DNA from: an uncultured Planctomycetaceae bacterium
Lineage (GTDB): Bacteria > Planctomycetota > Phycisphaerae > SM23-33
Assembly: GCA_964427875.1 (NCBI GenBank)
Contig: CAYRVX010000021.1
Coordinates: 629 to 64,628, forward strand
DNA: 64,000 nucleotides
Direction: 5' to 3'
The notes under the pieces are model-generated. The model was not told where the DNA came from, searched no databases, and saw nothing but the letters and a program-made list of their open reading frames with translations. The position numbers and the translations under genes were made by a program. Of this stretch, positions 28,478 through 37,982 are shown piece by piece. Each line of letters opens with the position of its first letter. Position 1 is the first letter of the stretch.

Positions 28478-29068
28478 CTACTTTTCCCAGAACTTCCACC
28501 ACGGATGGGGCCCGTCGCGCTGCGCCGACGGCGTGGGCGCGGGATGATGTGCCGGTGCGGGCAGCATGGCCTGGAGGTCGCGGAGCCTGGTGCGGGCGAA
28601 ATTGGCGGGGTTCTGGCGAAAGGCCGCCACGGAGGCCTCGCGGAAGAACGCCGATTCCGGCGGCAGCTCCTCGCCGCGATAGAACTTCAGCGCTTCGGAC
28701 AGACACAGCGACGCCTGGCGGGCCGATGTCCTCGCATCGACCGGCGAGCCCTCCGACGCGGCCGACTCCGAAAAGAGATAGTACAGGCTGACCCATTGAG
28801 ACAGGTCGATGATGCGGCTGGGCTGCCTGGACGGGTTGATGCAGTCGGCGTCGTCGGTGTCGGCGGGCACGTCGTGCTCCCAGTGGAAGCGGAAGGCCAC
28901 TTCGAAGCCGCATCGCTTGCACCGCGCCCGGACGGTCGCCTCGCCGCCGGCGACGGGCAGATCGGTCTCTTCCGGGACGAGCGGGCCGCGCCCGCAGTGG
29001 GCGCAGGAGGTCACCATCAGGTAGTAGTGCAGCTCGTTCGATGTGTGTGCCCGCAGAGGCTCGTTCAT
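28478..29068 (-). CDS. Hypothetical protein with CxxC...CxxC zinc ribbon
   Basis: CAHCG and CKRCG; PSRIIDLSQW; EALKFY; C-terminal PWWKFW. Confidence 0.75.
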   Translation of the reverse strand: MNEPLRAHTSNELHYYLMVTSCAHCGRGPLVPEETDLPVAGGEATVRARCKRCGFEVAFRFHWEHDVPADTDDADCINPSRQPSRIIDLSQWVSLYYLFSESAASEGSPVDARTSARQASLCLSEALKFYRGEELPPESAFFREASVAAFRQNPANFARTRLRDLQAMLPAPAHHPAPTPSAQRDGPHPWWKFWEK

Positions 29069-29132
29069 GCTGCGCTCCTGGGCTTTGAACCACGCATCGA
29101 ATGTGAGGTGACGGCCGCAGCCGCAGGTGAGA

Positions 29133-30014
29133 CTAAGGTGTCCCGCCGGCTGCGGAGCCGCCGGCTGCGGCCCCCGCGCCTCCCATGGCGCCGGTCAGCT
29201 TGTCCATGGCCGGCTTGACCAGTTCCTCGAATAACTGCATGGCCTTCTGGTCGATGTTGTCCTTGGTGACCCCGGCGTCCCGGATGCCGTCCGTGAGCGT
29301 CTTCACGAAGCGCATCTGCGCCTTGGCCAGCTCCCCCAGGGCTGCGTAGATGCCCTTGTCGGCACTGCTGAACTGGATCTGCCAGCCGTCGGCGCCCTTC
29401 GTGAACCGCAACGGCGAGTTGCCCCCGCTGACGGTGACGGAGTTCCCGTCGAGCTCGTAATTCAGCGCATCTGTCGCCAGGTCGCCGAGCGTGGCCAGCA
29501 CGGGCCCGCCGCCGGGGCCCTTGGCGAGCGCCTGATTGAGGAAAGCGGGCACCTCCTTCATTGCGAGGTCCTCCCGGACCGCCTTGTCGAAGGCGGCGGC
29601 GGCCGGGGCCAGCTCGGACAGGGCTGAGATCGTCCCCTTCATCGCGCCGCTGTCGGCGGGGCCGATGTACGGCAGGACCGCCGAGAGCTGGCCGGTCTTG
29701 CCGGCCTCGATCATCTGGCCCATGATCTGCCTGATCTCCTTGACGAGCGGGTCTTCCGCGGTCGCGCCGGCGCCGCCCGCCCCGGGGGCTCCCGAGCCCC
29801 TGACCGCCTCGGCCGCCTTCCTGTCGCGAGCGGCGATCAGGGCCTGGTCGGCCAGGAGATTCCGGTCCGCGCGGACCACGAGATTGGACGGCGGCGCGTC
29901 GATCTCGGGATCGTAGTCCGCGGTCTCCTCCGGCGGGCTGTCGCCTTCACAGCCGACCAGCAGGCCCATCGTCCCCGCGCCAAGGATCATCCATGCAATC
30001 GCCCAGTACCTCAT
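29133..30014 (-). CDS. Putative lipoprotein
   Basis: GGAG RBS; MRYWAIAWMILGAGTMGLLVGC lipobox (LVGC), acidic/Pro linker, Ala/Gly-rich tail. Confidence 0.7.
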   Translation of the reverse strand: MRYWAIAWMILGAGTMGLLVGCEGDSPPEETADYDPEIDAPPSNLVVRADRNLLADQALIAARDRKAAEAVRGSGAPGAGGAGATAEDPLVKEIRQIMGQMIEAGKTGQLSAVLPYIGPADSGAMKGTISALSELAPAAAAFDKAVREDLAMKEVPAFLNQALAKGPGGGPVLATLGDLATDALNYELDGNSVTVSGGNSPLRFTKGADGWQIQFSSADKGIYAALGELAKAQMRFVKTLTDGIRDAGVTKDNIDQKAMQLFEELVKPAMDKLTGAMGGAGAAAGGSAAGGTP

Positions 30015-30113
30015 CTCAGACTCCTTCGAGCCAGGTGGCCTGGCCGTCTCGTGCCCATACGCTACCACGGAAGCCGCCGCCCGTCCATCCCGCGCCGGCC
30101 GGCGGCGCGGACG

Positions 30114-31010
30114 TCAGACCTCTTCGGCTTCCTCCTCATCCTCGGCCTCTTCGGCCGGCGTCTCTCCGGCCCAGGCGATCCCCAACGCCCCGAGGGCGTC
30201 GCGCTCGACCATGCCGCGCAGGGCCTCGCGGGGCACGGACGGCAGGTTCGTGCCCTGCGTCACCTCGTGCATGCTGTAGACGCACTTGATGGCCTCGGCC
30301 GCGCAAGAATAGGGAAAATCGCTGCCGAACAGCACCTTGTCCATCACGTTGAACTGGTGGGCCAGCACGAGCGCGTTGTACGCCTGCCACGGGCGATGGA
30401 TCAGCCCGGAGATGTCCCCGTACACCCGCGGATGCTTGCCCAGCAGCGCGATCCCCTCCTCGATCCACGGATGACCCAGCGACGAGATCACGATCACCAG
30501 GTCGGGGAAGTCCGTGGCGATCTCGTCCAGCAGCGACGGGCGGGCGTACTCCATCCGGCCGGTCGTCGGGAAATGCGTGCTCTGGCAGAAGAACACCGGC
30601 ACGGCACGGCTGCCGGCCAGCTCGTACAGGCCCATCGCCCGGCTGTCGGCCGGGTGGAGATTCTGCATCGCCGGGCTGAGCGTCAGGCCGCGGAACTCGG
30701 CCTGCTTCAGGAGCGCCTCGGCCCGCTCGACGGCGCCGTCCTCGGCGGGGTCCACCGCCGCGATGCCGATCATCTTGTCCCGATGCCGCGAGACGTAGTC
30801 GGCGACGAACTCGTTGGGGACCTCCGCTTCCAGATCGACGCTGCGGACAGCCAGCACGAGGCACTTGTCAACGCACTCAGCCGCGAGCGCATGGTCGGCG
30901 GGCCCGGCCGACACCCGGTCGCGACCCGTCTGCCTGCGGATGAACTCCTCGCCGCCGCGGCCGAGCTGCTCGGCGCTGGACCATATGTGTGTATGACAGT
31001 CGACGATCAT
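30114..31010 (-). CDS. Amidohydrolase family protein (Amidohydro_2)
   Basis: MIVDCHTHIW, NEFVADYV, LGHPW, KVLFGSDFP. Confidence 0.88.
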   Translation of the reverse strand: MIVDCHTHIWSSAEQLGRGGEEFIRRQTGRDRVSAGPADHALAAECVDKCLVLAVRSVDLEAEVPNEFVADYVSRHRDKMIGIAAVDPAEDGAVERAEALLKQAEFRGLTLSPAMQNLHPADSRAMGLYELAGSRAVPVFFCQSTHFPTTGRMEYARPSLLDEIATDFPDLVIVISSLGHPWIEEGIALLGKHPRVYGDISGLIHRPWQAYNALVLAHQFNVMDKVLFGSDFPYSCAAEAIKCVYSMHEVTQGTNLPSVPREALRGMVERDALGALGIAWAGETPAEEAEDEEEAEEV

Positions 31011-31061
31011 CCGGACCTTCCATCCCCGCCGGCCACGCCGACGAGCGGACGTCACGACGGT

Positions 31062-31090
31062 ATTCTAGGGCCAACGCCTCCTGCACGCAA
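31062..31090 (-). promoter_or_regulatory. Sigma70-like promoter for the amidohydrolase-lipoprotein unit
   Basis: Minus strand TTGCGT-N17-TAGAAT. Confidence 0.45.
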
Positions 31091-31196
31091 CCGTGTAAGC
31101 CGCCCAAATGCGCGCCCCCCCCCCGCCGGGGCCGGGTCCGCGGGAACGCACAATGCTTCCGGGAGCCGGCCGGTCACCGGCGCAGGCGCGGCTGAG

Positions 31197-34100
31197 TCAT
31201 CGAACGGCGTAGACCTTGCCGTCGTCGCAGCCGACGTAGACGGCCCCGTCAGCCGGCCAGGGCGACGAGACGACCGCGCCGGCGGTCTTGACCTTCCACT
31301 TCAACGCGCCCGTGCGGGCGTTGAGGGCGTAGAGGTGTCCGTCGTGGCAGCCGAAGTAGACCGTCGCATCCCTTGCGGAGATCGAGGGATCCGAGCGGAT
31401 GGGGCCGGCGGTGCCGAACGCCCAGAGTTCCTTGCCCGTTAGCTCCAGGGCCATCAGCCGCCCGCCGTCGAACCCCAGGTACACCTTGCCCTCCCACACG
31501 GCGGGCGAGCACAGCAGGACCTTGCGCTCGTTGACGCTCTGGCCGGGCAGGACAATATCCTTCTGCCATTTCACTCGGCCGGTGGTCACGTCGAGGACCC
31601 GCACGTGGGGCAGGTTGACCGCCCCGCCGATGCCGCTGTTGGTCGTGACCAGCAGGTTGCCGACGACGGCGTCGCAGTTCTGCCCCGCCCACGGATCGCC
31701 GCGCCCGACGGCGTACCGCGCGGTGGCGATGTCCAGCACGGAGCCGTAGTGGTAGATCGACCCGCTGCGAAGGGCGAGGCTGCTCTTTCGGCCGTCGTTG
31801 GGGCTGTACATGGCACGGCTGGCGGTCTGCCAAACGCAGCGGCCGCCCGCAGCCTCGAAGCCCCAGCAGCCCTCGACGAACACCACGCCAAAGGCCACGG
31901 CCGGCGAGGTGGCCATGGCCCCGCGGCCGGCGGCCTTCCAGCGGACCTGTCCCGTCGCGGCATCCACGGCGTAAAGCCGTCCGTCATTGCCGCCGAAGTA
32001 CACCGCCCCGCCGCTCAAGCAGGCCGAGCCGGTCACCCCGCCGCGGACGGGCAGCCGCCACTGCTCGGCCCCCGTCGCGGCGTCGATGGCGTGGAAGTGC
32101 CCGCCGTCGGAGCCGACGTACACGACGCCCTTGACCATCACCGGCGACGATCGCACGCGCCCGCCGGTATCAAACGCCCACTTGACGCCGGGCGCCCTCG
32201 CCGGCCCGCGCGTCTCGTGAACGCCCGTCCGCAGCAGGCTGCCCCGGTAGGCCGCTCCTTCCAGCCGGTCGTACCCGGCGGGGTCGATCTTGAGCACGAC
32301 CGGCCGGTCTTCCATCTTCTCCAGCCCGTCGCGCGGGTGCGTGCCGGCCTTGCAGCGCACCACGCGGAAGCTCAGGTCGGCGTAGCAGAAAGCCGTGTTG
32401 ACGATGTTCTGGCTGCTGACGGCCACGCCGTGCGGACCGTTCACGTTGAAGCCCCCGCACAGCCAGGAGCCGCCGGCAATCAGGGCGGAGCTGAGCCGCG
32501 AGTAGACCTCCTTGGGCTGTTTGTACGCCCAGTAGGGGCTGGCCTTGGGGTTCTTCGTGTCCAGCTCGTGCGGCCGCGTCCTGACGCGCTTGCGGTCGCA
32601 ACTGAACAGCCAGTGGAACGCGTTGCCCTGGACGTCATACAGGCCGAAGGGGTTGGGCTTCTTCAGGCCGACCTCGTGCGTCCGGCCGCCGGCGTTGCCG
32701 ATGTGCCAGACGTGGGCACCCCTGGCCGCCTCGTCCCCGCCCCAGAAGTACGGCGTGTCCGTCCCGCCTCGCAGGGCGTACTCGAACTCCGCCTCGGTCG
32801 CCAGCCGGTAGCCGTCGGCGTCCCAGCGCGTGAAGATCCACGGCTGCGGAAGAAGGTGGCTGTACTTGCTGTACCGGTGCGGCCGGGCGGAAACGAGCTG
32901 GGGGCCGGAGACCTTCAGCGGGCGGTAGGCGAACGCCTCGCGGTAGACTTCCGTGCAGGCCTCGTCGGTGTAGTGGCACGGCCGGCGCCCCTCCATCTCC
33001 GAGAGGGCGTTGCACCACACGAGCATGTCGTGCCAGGTCACGTTGGTGACCGGCTCGTTCGGCGAGTGGCGGTGCTCGAAGTAGTACATGCTGCCCATAT
33101 CGCCGGTCCTGCTGAAGGAGTACCCCTTCGCGTCGGCCCACTGGAGCACGCGCTTCCACTGGTCGTACGTGGTATGCGTTCGGGCGATGGCCAGCGGCGA
33201 GACGGTGATCTTCGTCATGTCCCGGCGGCGCGTGAAGGACCCTCCGGGCAGCTCGACCATGTCCAGCAGGGGTTCGGCGGCACGGGCGGGTCTGCCGCGG
33301 GCGGCGGAACGATCGCCCTTGCGGAACGCCCAGGCGGGGACAGGCCCGATCATGGAGAAGCCGGAGCGTTTCGGCGCTGGCCCGGTCTTCGGCGCGCCGA
33401 GCCCCGCATCCCGACAGACCAGCCGCAGGCCGATCGCGCCGCTGCCCTCGTACGGCCGATCGCCATAGGGCGAGGCGGCGCTTTCCGGGGCGGTCGGGTC
33501 CGTCGGGTTAAGGAAGCTCCCGCCCATCGCCAGGTGGACGGGATTACTGTTGGGGTCGTACACTTCGCCGAATGGCCAGCACAGCTCCCAGACGTTGCCG
33601 ATCATGTCATACACGCCCAGCGCGTTGGCTTTCCGGATGCCCACCGGGTGCGTCCTGCCCCCGCTGTTGGCGGCCGTCCATGCCTCGTCGGCTCCTGCGC
33701 CCTGCCGGGAGAGCTCGTGGGCGGCCAGCCACTCCGCCGGCGTCGGCAGGCGATGGCCGTCGGCGCCCCACTTCACGTGGATCCGGGGCGGTGGGACGGT
33801 CTGGAAGGTGGGGTTGTCGACGTTGCGGCGCTCGTACCGCGGCGCGATCGCGCGGGTGGCGACGTGCAGGTTGCGGAAGACCTCGCGAAACTCGCCGTCC
33901 ACGTAATAGCACGGCGTCTTGCCCTCCATCTCCGAAAGCGTGTTGCAGATCGCCAGCGCGTCATACCACGTCAAGTTCGTCGCGGGCTCGTCGGGGCCGT
34001 GGGCGCCGCGGCCGAAGAGCATGCTGCCCATGTCCCCGTCCTTGCGGTAGACGTACCGGGGCTCGAGCGTGTGGAACGGCGCGTCGCCATAGCGGTAGAT

Positions 34101-35270
34101 GTCCTTCCACTTGGCATACGGCAGCTCGCAGGCGGCCAGCCGGAAGCGCGGCACGCCCTCGCAGGCGGGCACTTCCACCATGCCGACGTTCACGCTGCCC
34201 GAGACCGGGCGGCGCACGATCGCGTCGGCCTCGAAGCCGTACCACTTCAGATGGCTCTGCTTGCCCTTCAGCGTGTTCTTGGCCAGGTACCAGCCGACGG
34301 CGCGGACGTCGCGGAAGTCGCGCTTGGCGAACCGCGCTCTATCGGCGTCGAAGTGGATGAATTGGCCGCGGGGCTCGTATTTCGCCCACGTCGCCTCGGT
34401 CGGCCGCAGAAGGAACACCCGACCCCGCGCGGGCTTGTAGCCTGACGTGGGGATGTCGAACTGCTTGTTGTCGGAGATGTAGAGCTGCCCTGCCCCTTCC
34501 GAGTCGCCGCCGGGGCCCTCCAGGACGACCATCCGCACGTCGTCGTAGCCGAGCCAGTAATCCCGCGCGGTAATCGACGCCAGCCGGCTCGTCTCGTCGA
34601 ACGTGACGCGCCCCCTGTCGCCGCCGTTGAGGAAGTCGTCCTTCCTCCAGAGGATGGCCCAGTAGTGCCGGTGGAAGCTGTCGGCCTTCTTCTCGTTGGC
34701 CTGGCCCTGGAGGGGATGGTCCTCGGCTCGCCCGTCGTACCACGGCGGGCTGTGATCGGGGTTGTAGCCCATCTCGACCCAGAAGCGCGACTGCTTCGGC
34801 GTGGAGTTGCTCACGTACCAGCTCACCCCGCCGTAGAAGCGGCTGCTGCGCCGCTGTGGGAAGGCCATGTGCATCGGCCAGTCCGGGTTGCTCAGCGGCT
34901 CCGTCAGGCTGAACGGCAGCGACGCGACGTAGTCGTCGTCCGTCCGCCCGTCGCCGTCGACGTCCAGGACGTGGGACACGTGGAACAGCCCGTCGCGGTC
35001 CCTCCGCGGCGCCAGCGGCCCGTTCGGGTACCGCCAGGCCATGTAGTTCCCCAGGCCGTGCCGCGTCCACTTGCCCGCGTAGCTGACGATCCGGCAGCGA
35101 TATGCCCGCGTCTTCGCGCCCGCAGTCGCGGGCCTGGGCTGCCAGGGCTTGCGACCCCCGGCCGCCGGGACGGGCGCCGTCAACAGAGCCAACATGCCCG
35201 CAACGGCCGCCGCGCGGCCTCGGATAAGCCGGATGCGGCTGCGCAACAACGACCCAGACGTGCGGTCCAT
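31197..35270 (-). CDS. Secreted protein with two SUMF1/FGE-sulfatase (CLec-fold) domains and a C-terminal PQQ-type beta-propeller
   Basis: RLPTPAEW...ANALGVYDMIGNVWE and RLATEAEFEYA...PNPFGLYDVQGN; propeller repeats such as VYVGSDGGHFHAIDAATGAEQW. Confidence 0.82.
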   Translation of the reverse strand: MDRTSGSLLRSRIRLIRGRAAAVAGMLALLTAPVPAAGGRKPWQPRPATAGAKTRAYRCRIVSYAGKWTRHGLGNYMAWRYPNGPLAPRRDRDGLFHVSHVLDVDGDGRTDDDYVASLPFSLTEPLSNPDWPMHMAFPQRRSSRFYGGVSWYVSNSTPKQSRFWVEMGYNPDHSPPWYDGRAEDHPLQGQANEKKADSFHRHYWAILWRKDDFLNGGDRGRVTFDETSRLASITARDYWLGYDDVRMVVLEGPGGDSEGAGQLYISDNKQFDIPTSGYKPARGRVFLLRPTEATWAKYEPRGQFIHFDADRARFAKRDFRDVRAVGWYLAKNTLKGKQSHLKWYGFEADAIVRRPVSGSVNVGMVEVPACEGVPRFRLAACELPYAKWKDIYRYGDAPFHTLEPRYVYRKDGDMGSMLFGRGAHGPDEPATNLTWYDALAICNTLSEMEGKTPCYYVDGEFREVFRNLHVATRAIAPRYERRNVDNPTFQTVPPPRIHVKWGADGHRLPTPAEWLAAHELSRQGAGADEAWTAANSGGRTHPVGIRKANALGVYDMIGNVWELCWPFGEVYDPNSNPVHLAMGGSFLNPTDPTAPESAASPYGDRPYEGSGAIGLRLVCRDAGLGAPKTGPAPKRSGFSMIGPVPAWAFRKGDRSAARGRPARAAEPLLDMVELPGGSFTRRRDMTKITVSPLAIARTHTTYDQWKRVLQWADAKGYSFSRTGDMGSMYYFEHRHSPNEPVTNVTWHDMLVWCNALSEMEGRRPCHYTDEACTEVYREAFAYRPLKVSGPQLVSARPHRYSKYSHLLPQPWIFTRWDADGYRLATEAEFEYALRGGTDTPYFWGGDEAARGAHVWHIGNAGGRTHEVGLKKPNPFGLYDVQGNAFHWLFSCDRKRVRTRPHELDTKNPKASPYWAYKQPKEVYSRLSSALIAGGSWLCGGFNVNGPHGVAVSSQNIVNTAFCYADLSFRVVRCKAGTHPRDGLEKMEDRPVVLKIDPAGYDRLEGAAYRGSLLRTGVHETRGPARAPGVKWAFDTGGRVRSSPVMVKGVVYVGSDGGHFHAIDAATGAEQWRLPVRGGVTGSACLSGGAVYFGGNDGRLYAVDAATGQVRWKAAGRGAMATSPAVAFGVVFVEGCWGFEAAGGRCVWQTASRAMYSPNDGRKSSLALRSGSIYHYGSVLDIATARYAVGRGDPWAGQNCDAVVGNLLVTTNSGIGGAVNLPHVRVLDVTTGRVKWQKDIVLPGQSVNERKVLLCSPAVWEGKVYLGFDGGRLMALELTGKELWAFGTAGPIRSDPSISARDATVYFGCHDGHLYALNARTGALKWKVKTAGAVVSSPWPADGAVYVGCDDGKVYAVR

Positions 35271-35366
35271 CTCCGCTTCCTCTCCTGTGGCGGCCACACG
35301 GAGGCCCTGGCGATCCACGGGCCTTACAGCGTGAAACACCGGGCCGCCGAACGACTCCCGCCGGCT

Positions 35367-36260
35367 CTAGGGGAGCATCTCACGCAGCGCCTGCTCCAGT
35401 TCGGGATGGCGGAAGACGAAGCCGGCCTGAAGCAGCTTGCGCGGCTCGGCCCGCGCGCTGGCCAGCAGCAGCTCCCCGGCCATCTGCCCCAGCAGAAGGC
35501 GTGCCGCGAAGCCCGGCACGGGGAAGATGGCCGGGCGGCGGAGGACGCGCCCGAGCGTCTTGCTGAACCGGCGGTTGGTCACCGCCGTCGGGGCGACCAC
35601 GTTGACCGCCCCGCGCAGCGGCTCGTTCTCCAGCGCGTGGACGATCACCGAGACCGCGTCGGCCAGCGAGATCCAGCTCCAGTACTGTCGGCCGCTGCCC
35701 AGGCGCCCGCCGAAGCCGAGGCGGAAAGGCGAGAGCATGCGTCTCAAGGCGCCACCGCGGGGGCTGAGCACGACGCCGAACCGCAAGTGGACGACGCGGA
35801 TGCCGCGTTCGACGGCGGGCGCGGCCGCGGCCTCCCAGTCGCGGCAGACCCCGGCAAGAAAGCCGCTGCCCGCCGGGGAGGCCTCCGAGAGGACCTCATC
35901 GGCCCGGTCGCCGTAGTAACCGACCGCCGACGCGCAGGCGACGACCGCCGGCGGGTCGGCCAGGTGAGCCAGGGCCCGGCAGAGAAGAGACGTGGCCCCC
36001 ACGCGGCTGTCACGGATGGACGCCTTCTTCGAGGCCGTCCATCGCCCCATGATGCTCTCGCCGGCCAGGTGCACGACGGCGTCGGTGCCGGCCAGGGCGG
36101 CCTCGTCGATCCGCCCGCCGGCGGGGTCCCAACGCACGTCGGGCGCGGCGCAGCTCGCCGGCGGCCGCACCAGGCGGCGGACTACGTGCCCGGCGCTTCC
36201 GAGCCGATCGGCCAACGCCGAGCCGATCAGGCCTGTCGATCCGGAGATGAGTACGTTCAT
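35367..36260 (-). CDS. TIGR01777-family NAD-dependent epimerase/oxidoreductase (YfcH-like)
   Basis: ISGSTGLIG, VHLAGESI, ASAVGYYG, GGRLGSGRQYWSWI, GFVFRHPEL. Confidence 0.92.
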   Translation of the reverse strand: MNVLISGSTGLIGSALADRLGSAGHVVRRLVRPPASCAAPDVRWDPAGGRIDEAALAGTDAVVHLAGESIMGRWTASKKASIRDSRVGATSLLCRALAHLADPPAVVACASAVGYYGDRADEVLSEASPAGSGFLAGVCRDWEAAAAPAVERGIRVVHLRFGVVLSPRGGALRRMLSPFRLGFGGRLGSGRQYWSWISLADAVSVIVHALENEPLRGAVNVVAPTAVTNRRFSKTLGRVLRRPAIFPVPGFAARLLLGQMAGELLLASARAEPRKLLQAGFVFRHPELEQALREMLP

Positions 36261-36722
36261 GGCCTACGCAGCCGGGGCGTCTCGCCGCGGCCTTACTGCC
36301 CTTCGCCCGCCAGGGCCCTCGCCGGGCGCGGGCCCGCAGGCGATTGGCCTGCGGATCGCCGATGAACTCCTCGCCCGTCTCCTGCGAGCCGGCATTTCCC
36401 GGCTGATGCGCTCCAGCCCACGGCCATCGCGGGCATTGAAGGCGATCCTATCCTCTCGGCAGGCTCATACAAGCCGCTTCTGCCCCTCCAAGGGGCCGGG
36501 GCGGATGCGGTCCTGTCAGGCCGGCGCCCAAGCCGGATACAGGGAGGCGCGAAACGCCCGTGGCCCCGTTGCGATGACAACCAACGCGGCCAGCAAGCCG
36601 GCCCGCTATGAAGGCAGCCTTTCATGAGAGTAAACGGCGGGCGGAGCGCGATGCACCCGGTGTTATGGATGCGAAGCGTTTAGCGGCGGGCCTTGGCCCG
36701 CGCGCTCTTCACCGCCGCGCGA

Positions 36723-37781
36723 CTATCTCCGCGAGAGTTCCTCGTAGACCTCGTTGTAGTACAGGCAGTTTTCCACGGGCGTGTTGGCGGGGATGTGGTT
36801 GCCGACGGCCAGGAAGTAGCCCGCACACCCCTTGCCGATCGCCATGCAGCGCTCGACCTCGGCGCGGATCTCGGCCTTGCTCCCCAGCAGCAGGATGCGC
36901 GTGTCGGCGTTCCCGACGAAGGCGTGCGTGCGGCCGTACTTCTCGGCGATGTACGCCATGTCCGTCATCGGCTCCAGGACGAAGCCGTGCACGCCCGTCG
37001 CGGCGATGTCGTCGATGAACTCCGTGTAGTTGCCGTCGGAGGTGTACATGATCTTCTTGCCGCCGTCGATAAGCGGCCGGTAGAACCGCCGGTAGTTGGG
37101 GAAGACGTACCGGCGGTACCATTCCGGCGGCAGGAAGGGACCCTGGGTCCAGACGATGTCGTCGTGGCTCATGACGACGGGCACGTCGGCGGCGGCGAGG
37201 GCCTCGTAGTACTGGCCGATCCACGACGAATAGCGGTTGGTCAGCTCGCCGAAGCGCTCGCGGTCGGTGCCTGCGGCCAGCAGCAGCATCTCCCAGCCGA
37301 AAAGGTCGATCAGCCCCGAGAGGCAGGTGATGTAGATGCCCGTCATGTTGACCATGTCGAGGTGCCTGCGGCAGTTGGCCCGGTAGTGCTCCTCGAAGCG
37401 GGCAGTCGTTGCGGGCTGGTCAACGGGGCCGAACGCCTCCCAGGGGTCGAACGCCAGCACCTCCTCGGGCTCGGAGAACGGGCAGGAGCGTTCCTCGTCG
37501 AAGTCCGCCCCGCCGTCGGCGTAGACGCAGTGGCCCATCCGGGTGCGCATCTCCTTGAACTCGCCGCGGCCGATCAGCGTGGCCCAGGCGAAGTCGAAGT
37601 TCCACGCCTTCATGAAGGCCGCACCGGCGCGGGACCGCAGCTCCGCCGGGCTGTCGTGGCGGACCTCGATCCCGGTGACCTCGCTGACCAGCTCCCAGTG
37701 CCCGGTCGCCGAGTACTCCGTCCGCGGCACTCGCGGGGGCATCTCCAGGTTGATCGCGGCCATGCCGTCTTCGTAGGACAC
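36723..37781 (-). CDS. Uroporphyrinogen decarboxylase/MtbA-like family protein
   Basis: GTG start; HDDIVW, YTSDGN, GFVLEP, FVGNADT, AVGNHIPANTPVEN. Confidence 0.82.
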   Translation of the reverse strand: MSYEDGMAAINLEMPPRVPRTEYSATGHWELVSEVTGIEVRHDSPAELRSRAGAAFMKAWNFDFAWATLIGRGEFKEMRTRMGHCVYADGGADFDEERSCPFSEPEEVLAFDPWEAFGPVDQPATTARFEEHYRANCRRHLDMVNMTGIYITCLSGLIDLFGWEMLLLAAGTDRERFGELTNRYSSWIGQYYEALAAADVPVVMSHDDIVWTQGPFLPPEWYRRYVFPNYRRFYRPLIDGGKKIMYTSDGNYTEFIDDIAATGVHGFVLEPMTDMAYIAEKYGRTHAFVGNADTRILLLGSKAEIRAEVERCMAIGKGCAGYFLAVGNHIPANTPVENCLYYNEVYEELSRR

Positions 37782-37982
37782 GCTGCTCTCCTCTGTCGCC
37801 GGCAGTATAGCGATTCGTTTGAATGAGTCACAATTGACGTTGACAGATTTGCGGCATCGGTTACATCGGCGGCGAAGGGCGATGAAGCGGATCAGCGGGC
37901 GTGGCGCTCGCCCGAGGTGCGGCGCGAGGCGCGCAGCCCCGGCGCTTGGCGGGGCGGGCGTTTTGCTGTATCCTCACTGATC

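Noticed and set aside
31197-35270. Diversity-generating retroelement target (CLec fold)
   Set aside because: No reverse transcriptase and no template/variable repeat pair seen in the window; the FGE domains are internal.
36293-36625. 110-aa ORF, or TGA read-through in the neighbouring frame
   Set aside because: No RBS, motif or typical codon bias; the alternative frame has no start and hits a second stop soon after.
36723-37781. hemE
   Set aside because: Lacks the N-terminal RQAGR motif of true uroporphyrinogen decarboxylase; family-level call only.
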